Shown: one piece after another, positions 7,271 to 12,738 of the stretch
Layout of the letters: each line of letters opens with the position of its first letter
Position numbering within the stretch: position 1 is the stretch's first letter
Virus record (IMG/VR): IMGVR_UViG_3300049019_000014
Location: 1 to 44,854 of that record
Source: a virus
Direction: 5' to 3' (one strand)
DNA: 44,854 nucleotides
Made by a program: the position numbers and the translations under genes
The notes under the pieces: model-generated
What the model was told of the DNA's origin: nothing
Database searches by the model: none
Seen by the model: the letters and a program-made list of their open reading frames with translations, nothing else

Positions 7271-8848
7271 ATGACCGCATCAACCGACTTCTACCTGGGG
7301 TCGGGGGACCGCATCTTCCGCGACGTGGCCGCAGGACCGGATACCCCGGCCCTCGTCCCGAAGTGGGTGTCAACCCTGACGCCCGCTGAAGTGCAAGTCC
7401 TCCTGGACCTCAACTCAAGCAACCCTCTCCGTCAGGCGGTGGAGAAGGTGTACTCCGACAACGACGAGCCCCTGACCAGTGCGCAGGCACAGGCCAAGCA
7501 TACCGCCAGCATCGCACAGACCTTCCCGACGAGCAAGAGCTACGGCAAGGCCGTGTACCACGAGATCCCGCAAGGTGTCAACGTGTGGTCCCCGCTGCTC
7601 ATCAGCATGTGGTCGAAGATCCGCAGCCGCTGGGGCAAGGGCGGCAGCATCGTGCAGATCAAGCATGGCACCGACAGCACCCCGCGTGCGTTGTTCAAGT
7701 ACAAGGTTGACGACTACGCCGGCCAAAGCTCGATCTCCGGTATCCCCGAGGTCGAAGGGGTCCAGCTCTACGGCGACCGCTCCAGCCTGAGCAATTCCGA
7801 CAAGGCGCTGGTTGTCGAGCACGGCATCTGGCTCCCCGAGCCGACCGCCGGGAGCAACGGCAAGACCGATGGCATACACCTGACCCGCGTGGTGGCCTCT
7901 GGCTTCAACGGCGACGGCATGCGCGTGGATCGCTTCCACAACGCGCTTCGCCTGAACGACGCCCGCTTCATCGACAACAAGGGCGCCGGGTTCCGTGGGA
8001 ACAAGATCAGCGACATGAAGTGGTTCAACTTCAGCGCTGGGCGTAACGAAGAGATCCAGGCCGAGTTCACTGACTGCGCATCACCGCAGCTCATCGGTGG
8101 CGATATATGGAATCCTGGCGGCTCTGCCTTCACCGGCCTGTACGCCTCTGCGTTCTACTCCTGTGCGAACTGGCGCATGGCCTTCCTTGAGCACAACGGG
8201 ATGCTGAACATCGAGGGCGACAACAGCGACTCCGGTTCAAGCAAGCGGTACTACGGCCAAGGCGCCCTGGTGCTGGGCATGACACTGAAGGCCAGCAAGG
8301 ACACATACCTAGGTACGCAGTACGTCGGAGGCGGCGGCGCTCTGGCGTACGACAGCCAAGTGCGTGTGAAGTCCGCTCACGGAATGAACTTCGCGTTCCT
8401 CACCACCACCCGTGGCGAGTTCGATGAGTACGACCCTCTGCTGCCGAAGTACATATTCGACATCAGCGTCAAGTCGGGCGGTGCTGCCGGTGAAGAAGGT
8501 TACGTCACCCTGACCAGTCCGTCGCTCCGTGAAGCAACCCGCAGTGCTTCTGCTGACAAGGTCGTGCTGTCCTACCGGCAGCATTGGGCCAAGCAGCCGA
8601 GCCTATGCGTGTGGCGCACCACCAAGCCGGGCCAGCTCCTGATGCTGCCGACTGCGACGGATCAGGTGAACCTCATAAAGCTCACCGGCTCAGTGCAGAC
8701 GCTGCTGAAGGTGAAGTACCCCGAGCTGTACCTGGGAATGGACGATACTCGCTCGCTGCTCACCGGCAACGACGCGACCACGTTCGACATCCCGGCCGCT
8801 GCGGGCACGCTGCCTGCAGGCTACAGCTGGTTCATCGTCGCTTGGTAA
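7271..8848 (+). CDS. Right-handed beta-helix protein (tailspike/depolymerase-like) with a degenerate tail-collar-like C-terminus
   Basis: The ORF is 525 aa with an AGAAGGA RBS. It has beta-helix rungs ('GDGMRVDRFHNALRLNDARFIDNKGAGFRGNKISDMKWFNFSAGRNE'). The C-terminus 'KYPELYLGMDD...GNDATTFDIPAAAG' echoes the phage tail-collar motif (yP.L...iG..yG.g.ttF.lPDlRG). It lacks a T7 gp17-type N-terminal adaptor. Confidence 0.65.
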   Translation: MTASTDFYLGSGDRIFRDVAAGPDTPALVPKWVSTLTPAEVQVLLDLNSSNPLRQAVEKVYSDNDEPLTSAQAQAKHTASIAQTFPTSKSYGKAVYHEIPQGVNVWSPLLISMWSKIRSRWGKGGSIVQIKHGTDSTPRALFKYKVDDYAGQSSISGIPEVEGVQLYGDRSSLSNSDKALVVEHGIWLPEPTAGSNGKTDGIHLTRVVASGFNGDGMRVDRFHNALRLNDARFIDNKGAGFRGNKISDMKWFNFSAGRNEEIQAEFTDCASPQLIGGDIWNPGGSAFTGLYASAFYSCANWRMAFLEHNGMLNIEGDNSDSGSSKRYYGQGALVLGMTLKASKDTYLGTQYVGGGGALAYDSQVRVKSAHGMNFAFLTTTRGEFDEYDPLLPKYIFDISVKSGGAAGEEGYVTLTSPSLREATRSASADKVVLSYRQHWAKQPSLCVWRTTKPGQLLMLPTATDQVNLIKLTGSVQTLLKVKYPELYLGMDDTRSLLTGNDATTFDIPAAAGTLPAGYSWFIVAW

Positions 8849-8852
8849 GAAG

Positions 8853-8878
8853 GTAGCCCGCAAGGGCTTACTCTTCTC
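8853..8878 (+). terminator. Stem-loop with a GCAA tetraloop followed by a U/C-rich tract, just after the last late gene
   Basis: The sequence is ggtagccc-GCAA-gggct(t)ac then tcttctc. The stem is 7 bp with a 1-nt bulge. It lies 5 nt after the stop at 8848. Confidence 0.4.
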
Positions 8879-8899
8879 GGGCCGAAGTACCCCATCTGC

Positions 8900-8928
8900 A
8901 GTATACCACAAAGGAATAACCTTGTCAA
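8900..8928 (-). promoter_or_regulatory. Leftward sigma70-type promoter, perfect -35 and 17-nt spacer
   Basis: The minus strand reads cgcTTGACA-aggttattcctttgtgg-TATACT-gcagATGg. The -35 is at 8928..8923 and the -10 at 8905..8900. Confidence 0.5.
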
Positions 8929-8931
8929 GCG

Positions 8932-9522
8932 TAGGGCTTTAGCCCTTTGCGCCAATCCTGGCGTAGGGGCATAGCGGTCTGCAACCCACTCCCGAACGCT
9001 TGGCAGGGTGAAACCTAAATTTGCTGCAGACAAACGAGGTGGCCCCTCCAACCTCGCACGCTCGCGTTACCCCCGTGCCGGCCCTCGGGCGCTCGCGCCT
9101 GCGGCGCACGCGGGCGCGTTCCGCGCGGATGCCCACGGAGGGGCCTAGGCGGGCGCAGGCGGGCCTGCAGGCATGCGGGTGATGCGCGGGTATGGGCGCG
9201 ACGCTCGGGCGCTCCTGGGCGCTATGCGCGAGCCTGGGCGTACGCGGGTGCGCAGGCGCGGGCGCCGGGCTGGGGTCATTCGACGGCACGCCGCCAGGGC
9301 GCTCGACAGGGCGCTAGGCCACCCTGCTATGCCCAGGCATGCGATACGCGCGCCACGGGGCTGGCAGGGGCCTTGCCGGGGCACTCCGGGCCATCGGCCC
9401 TAGGCTGGCAGTGAGCCTGCTGTACCGTGCGAGGTCGGCGGGCACGCGGGCGGGATCTGTTACGCCTTTCGGCTGCTGCGCCCTGGCAGCCGTTCGCTGT
9501 TCCCGAACCACGAATAACCCAG
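8932..9522. repeat. Very GC-rich ORF-free segment with clustered GGGCGC(T) words; candidate genome-terminus / collapsed terminal-repeat region
   Basis: There are nine exact GGGCGC words between 9077 and 9304 (starts 9077, 9102, 9141, 9184, 9197, 9207, 9250, 9287, 9299). Only short overlapping ORFs are present, on both strands, with no RBS. The segment lies between the last late gene and the early promoters, as the T7 ends do. Confidence 0.5.
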
Positions 9523-9525
9523 CGC

Positions 9526-9554
9526 TTGACAAGGGCATTGATACCCGCTACAGT
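9526..9554 (+). promoter_or_regulatory. Early host (sigma70) promoter 1
   Basis: TTGACA (9526-9531), 17-nt spacer, TACAGT (9549-9554). Confidence 0.65.
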
Positions 9555-9635
9555 TCGTTCCATGCCTAAGGGCTTGACCGGGTGCGAACAGCGGCGTGAT
9601 CGTCGGTTACCGGACCAAGGACTAGGGAATAGGGC

Positions 9636-9664
9636 TTGACAGCTAAGCGCTTCGGTGCTACAGT
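9636..9664 (+). promoter_or_regulatory. Early host (sigma70) promoter 2
   Basis: TTGACA (9636-9641), 17-nt spacer, TACAGT (9659-9664). The upstream agggc is shared with promoter 4. Confidence 0.65.
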
Positions 9665-9697
9665 CGAACCCGACACTAGAGAGCCTTAGGGCAATCT

Positions 9698-9712
9698 GGT
9701 ACGCCTAATGCA
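9698..9712 (+). promoter_or_regulatory. Phage-RNAP promoter candidate, copy 1 (left-end, T7 phiOL-like position)
   Basis: It carries the exact motif GGTACGCCTAATGCA, preceded by aatct. This is one of four copies in the genome. Confidence 0.55.
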
Positions 9713-9842
9713 AGGGGCGGGACCTACCGGTACAGTACCGGACCAGGGAAGACCCTAGTAGCAGGCAGACAGAGTTAGACAGTACACTAGGGACCAGCAG
9801 ACCTAGTACCTGATGGGAGCAGAGCTAGCAATAGCCCTACAC

Positions 9843-9871
9843 TTGACAGGGAATAGGGATAGTGGTATACT
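9843..9871 (+). promoter_or_regulatory. Early host (sigma70) promoter 3
   Basis: TTGACA (9843-9848), 17-nt spacer, TATACT (9866-9871). Confidence 0.65.
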
Positions 9872-10077
9872 AGGTACTAGAGTGCAAGGTGTATCAGGTA
9901 GCAGGCACCCAACAGCTAAGGCTAGATGGGATACAGAGGCTATCAGGTACAGTACGGCACTCAGGCTAGCGTATAGGTAGGCATGGGACGTAGTCCCTAG
10001 CGTACCGATGGGGTATGGGCAGAAGCCTATACGGCACTGTATGTGTGCGATCTGTTGAGACTCAAGTCTGCAAGGGC

Positions 10078-10106
10078 TTGACAGACTCCAGGCAGCAGAG
10101 TACAGT
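10078..10106 (+). promoter_or_regulatory. Early host (sigma70) promoter 4
   Basis: TTGACA (10078-10083), 17-nt spacer, TACAGT (10101-10106). Confidence 0.65.
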
Positions 10107-10171
10107 GCAGACATGGTAGCTGCAGAGCTACTAGGTGACAGGGAAGTCAATCCCGCGTCATTGGATGGTAT

Positions 10172-10585
10172 CGGATAGGATTGGATGGCACTCAGTGCAT
10201 AGCGGCATTGCCCGCTAGAGTCTCTGACTCAGGCACGTAAAGCGCTGGATGATCTGTTGGCCTAGTGCCTGCATTCCGCTACTTGATGATGGCTTGACCC
10301 GTGGAGAGTACATGCCACGTTAATCTAGGTGCAAAGTCTACGCTAGCAGAGTATGCCGTGACAGGCAGAAATAGTAGGTAGGTGAGATAGTACCTCACTG
10401 ACCCGAAACAGCTAGGTGCAGACCAGTAGACTAGCACTCAGCTAGTACGGTATGGCAGATGCCGCTTAATCTGCTACTTGCAAGTGACTAGCTCTAGGAT
10501 GCCAATAGGCGAGAGGGTAACCAGCCTAGAGCACGATAGTCCGCAAGGCGAAGCTTCTGCACTGAGTGCATACCCATCCTATCCG
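10172..10585. repeat. 28-nt imperfect inverted repeat arms (10172-10199 and 10558-10585) bracketing ~360 nt of the early leader
   Basis: The left arm is cggataggattggatggcactcagtgca. The reverse complement of the right arm is cggataggatgggtatgcactcagtgca. They match at 24 of 28 positions, in register. Confidence 0.6.
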
Positions 10586-10628
10586 GTTCCACGCCGACAG
10601 GCACCCGATGCGGAAGCTTCGCCTTGCG
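10542..10628 (+). promoter_or_regulatory. 20-bp stem (one G.U) with a ~47-nt loop directly upstream of the first early gene; RNase III-site-like
   Basis: 10542-10561 (cgcaaggcgaagcttctgca) pairs with 10609-10628 (tgcggaagcttcgccttgcg). The core is a perfect 15-nt complement centred on AAGCTT. The stem ends 27 nt before ATG 10655. Confidence 0.5.
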
Positions 10629-10654
10629 ATGGTGCAAGGCTCTAGGAGTATGCA

Positions 10655-11206
10655 ATGAACACGACGAATACGGCTCTGCTCACTGTCGCCGAACTCAACA
10701 AGGCGATCGATGCGTGGGGCAAGCGTGGTACGACATGGACGAAGGAGGGTCACAAGCTGGCCCTGTCGGCTCTGTTGCACCTCAGCAAGCATGGCGACAT
10801 CGGGCCCATCAACCGGCTCTATGTTGCCATGCCGAAGGGTTCCAAGTCCAGCAGCATGGCGCAATGGATCATGTCCTATGCGGCTGTGGTGCTGAACGAC
10901 GATGCCGCCGACAAGGCGAAGCCCTTCGTGTACAGCAAGGACAAGAAATGCAACCTTGAAGCCGCGACCAAAACGCCTTGGTACGAGTTCCGTCCGGAAC
11001 CGACTCCGCTGCAGATGTTCGACCTGCTGCCAGCGATCCAGGGCCTTCTGGCGAGGGCGAAGAAGGCCGCCGATGATGGCGCCGAGATCCTGCATCCCGA
11101 GCTGATCACTCAGCTTCAGGAGCTGGTCGAAGTGGAATCCGAAGTGGAAATGGCTTCGGCTTCCGGTGGCGACGACATCGAGCACGACGAAGCGTCGGCG
11201 CAGTAA
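10655..11206 (+). CDS. First early protein, unknown function, strongly acidic C-terminal tail
   Basis: The ORF is 183 aa with a TAGGAG RBS. The C-terminus is 'ELVEVESEVEMASASGGDDIEHDEASAQ'. It is the first gene downstream of the early promoters. Confidence 0.8.
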   Translation: MNTTNTALLTVAELNKAIDAWGKRGTTWTKEGHKLALSALLHLSKHGDIGPINRLYVAMPKGSKSSSMAQWIMSYAAVVLNDDAADKAKPFVYSKDKKCNLEAATKTPWYEFRPEPTPLQMFDLLPAIQGLLARAKKAADDGAEILHPELITQLQELVEVESEVEMASASGGDDIEHDEASAQ

Positions 11207-11218
11207 GCACACAGACCT

Positions 11219-11256
11219 AGGGCACCTGCGGGTGCCTTATCCTGTGCGTTTTCTTG
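11219..11256 (+). terminator. Post-gene GC-rich stem-loop A plus T-rich tract (attenuator/processing-site candidate)
   Basis: The sequence is agggcacc-tgcg-ggtgcctt (8 bp including one G.U) followed by atcctgtgcgttttcttg. It starts 13 nt after the stop at 11206. Confidence 0.45.
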
Positions 11257-11267
11257 TAGGGGTGACT

Positions 11268-11492
11268 ATGCCAAAGGTTAGCGGCAAAGCCGCGCATGAT
11301 GAGTTTGCATGGCGGGACGGCATTGAGCTTGTCCCGAAGGATGAGCCTGAGCTGGATGTGGGGAAGCTGTTCCTCAAACCGGGCAAGGGCTATCTGTCGA
11401 TGGTGAGGCGTGAGAAGCGTACGCTTTGGGCCTATGCGCTCGGTAGCGTCATGGCATTCGGGGCGCTCGCTCTGATCGCCTGCCCCTGGTGA
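11268..11492 (+). CDS. Hypothetical early protein with a C-terminal transmembrane anchor
   Basis: The ORF is 74 aa from ATG 11268, with an AGGGG RBS. The C-terminus is 'LWAYALGSVMAFGALALIACPW'. Confidence 0.6.
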   Translation: MPKVSGKAAHDEFAWRDGIELVPKDEPELDVGKLFLKPGKGYLSMVRREKRTLWAYALGSVMAFGALALIACPW

Positions 11493-11562
11493 ACAAGGTA
11501 TCCGCTACCTGCGAAAGCTAACAGCGGGCCGTGGGTCTGCAATGGTTGCACGCCCTTGGGTT

Positions 11563-11597
11563 CACGGCAGTATGGCTACCTAGGCTGTACTGCCGTG
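11563..11597 (+). other. Perfect 10-bp stem (cacggcagta / tactgccgtg) with a 15-nt loop inside a 400-nt ORF-free region
   Basis: Read directly from the sequence. Further hairpins follow (ccgtgc-atcc-gcacgg at 11592-11607, and caggca-tttag-tgcctg). Confidence 0.5.
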
Positions 11598-11899
11598 CAT
11601 CCGCACGGAAGGTGTTCATATGCGAATGTGATCCCGCAGGCATTTAGTGCCTGACGTATACCGGCCCGCACATACGTTGCATAGCGCCGATGACAACGCG
11701 GTAGGTCTAGCGTGACCTGCGACAAACCTAGCAACATATCGGTACGTCTGATTGAGCTTAGGGAATCGTCAAGAGTTGCTGAACAGCACGTCTTCAACGA
11801 CGTTAACTTGAGTGCGTGACGGCTTGAGCGTAGCCGCTCAGTACCTGCCTACGGGACGGGTGCTAGCGAGTGCGCTTGCACTGCAACCGGAGGATAAGC

Positions 11900-12001
11900 A
11901 TGTTCCTGATCGAGAATGCGCCGGCCATCCTGTGCTGGTCCGTGTCCTTCTGCGCTATCAGCTTCGGCTGTCTGGCCTGGAAGTCGTTCTTCAAGGACTG
12001 A
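11900..12001 (+). CDS. 33-aa hydrophobic micro-ORF (below the ORF-track cutoff)
   Basis: GGAGGA lies 6 nt upstream of ATG 11900. The peptide is MFLIENAPAILCWSVSFCAISFGCLAWKSFFKD. Its stop is 2 nt before the next gene's ATG. Confidence 0.4.
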   Translation: MFLIENAPAILCWSVSFCAISFGCLAWKSFFKD

Positions 12002-12003
12002 CG

Positions 12004-12282
12004 ATGGCCGTCAGATCCTATCAGCAGATCGTGGATGCTCACGAGCGGAGCAAAGCCACGGTCCACACTGTGCAGCGCGTCAGTAGCATGATGCGGGCAC
12101 AGTCGGCTGTCGAGTGCCTGATGGCGCTCGGCTTCACGTACAACCCGGTGCGTGACAAGTGGGAAAGCACTGCCACGAGCAGCGCAAACGCCTACCGACT
12201 CACGGCGGCGGCCCGCAAGTGTGCGGACCTCGGCTACCACTTCTTCGAGGGGGTTGGCTGGGTACTGCCGCACAAGCACTGA
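12004..12282 (+). CDS. Hypothetical early protein
   Basis: The ORF is 92 aa from ATG 12004, with an AAGGA RBS. The upstream extension from 11812 lacks an RBS and crosses a structured region. Confidence 0.6.
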   Translation: MAVRSYQQIVDAHERSKATVHTVQRVSSMMRAQSAVECLMALGFTYNPVRDKWESTATSSANAYRLTAAARKCADLGYHFFEGVGWVLPHKH

Positions 12283-12295
12283 TGTTCCACATACC

Positions 12296-12315
12296 TAGGG
12301 CATTGAGGTGCCCTA
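12296..12315 (+). promoter_or_regulatory. Post-gene GC-rich stem-loop B
   Basis: The sequence is tagggca-ttgagg-tgcccta (7 bp), followed by tcatgtgcaacaaccc. The flanks 'cctagggca...ggtgcc.tatc.tgtgc' are shared with stem-loop A. Confidence 0.45.
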
Positions 12316-12347
12316 TCATGTGCAACAACCCTCAAACGAGGTGACAC

Positions 12348-12671
12348 ATGGACCAACAAGGTAAGTTGATCGCAGACATGCTGGAGAAGATCGCAGACGA
12401 CCCAGGAATCTGCGGCCATGCCGGCATCTGCTACGGGCTGTCTAAGCTGATTGACGCCAGTGGCGTTGACTTCGGCTTCAGCGGGTACTCGTTCGTGTTC
12501 TCCATGAGCGGCGAGTACACGACATTCAACGTGATTGACGACATGTTCGAGGAAGACAACAAGTGGCACGGCCAGCGCGGCGAGTTCCGCAGGGCATGGT
12601 GCCGCAAGGTGGCTGGCTGGGTGCGCTACTGGTCAGACGAGCACCTGCACGAGGTAGCTGCGAAGGGCTGA
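12348..12671 (+). CDS. Hypothetical early protein
   Basis: The ORF is 107 aa with a GAGGTG RBS. Confidence 0.7.
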   Translation: MDQQGKLIADMLEKIADDPGICGHAGICYGLSKLIDASGVDFGFSGYSFVFSMSGEYTTFNVIDDMFEEDNKWHGQRGEFRRAWCRKVAGWVRYWSDEHLHEVAAKG

Positions 12672-12683
12672 ATGCACAGCCAC

Positions 12684-12701
12684 AGGGCCGCGTGCGGCCT
12701 T
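12684..12701 (+). promoter_or_regulatory. Post-gene GC-rich stem-loop C
   Basis: The sequence is agggccg-cgtg-cggcctt, followed by ctactgtgcaacaaacc. It has the same tgtgcaacaa tail as stem-loop B. Confidence 0.4.
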
Positions 12702-12738
12702 CTACTGTGCAACAAACCGCGTGGAGCGGAGGATTGAC

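Noticed and set aside
9077-9304. The GGGCGC word cluster as a CRISPR array or tandem repeat
   Set aside because: The words are only 6-7 nt long, irregularly spaced (10-49 nt) and lack repeat-spacer periodicity. The cluster is better described as a degenerate short-word array.
8939-9639. Cluster of 70-116-aa ORFs on both strands in the GC-rich segment (8939..9289, 9145..9384, 9173..9403, 9314..9538, 9339..9569, 9427..9639)
   Set aside because: They overlap one another in several frames and give Arg/Ala/Pro/Gly-rich translations. They have no SD sequences. Open frames of this kind are expected in ~75% GC non-coding DNA.
9803-10150. 115-aa minus-strand ORF in the early leader
   Set aside because: It runs against four strong rightward promoters, has no RBS, and gives a low-complexity Ser/Leu/Ala translation. 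The region is otherwise saturated with stops.
10294-10500. Additional sigma70 promoters at TTGACC (10294) and TTGCAA (10478)
   Set aside because: No acceptable -10 hexamer lies 16-18 nt downstream of either.
10526-11212. 228-aa minus-strand ORF
   Set aside because: It is antisense to the well-supported first early gene (10655..11206), and its 3' part runs through the RNase III-like stem.
11576-11797. 73-aa minus-strand ORF in the structured non-coding region
   Set aside because: It is the only candidate on the minus strand in this block, has no RBS and is Cys/Arg-rich. It coincides with multiple hairpins, so an RNA or DNA structural role is more plausible.
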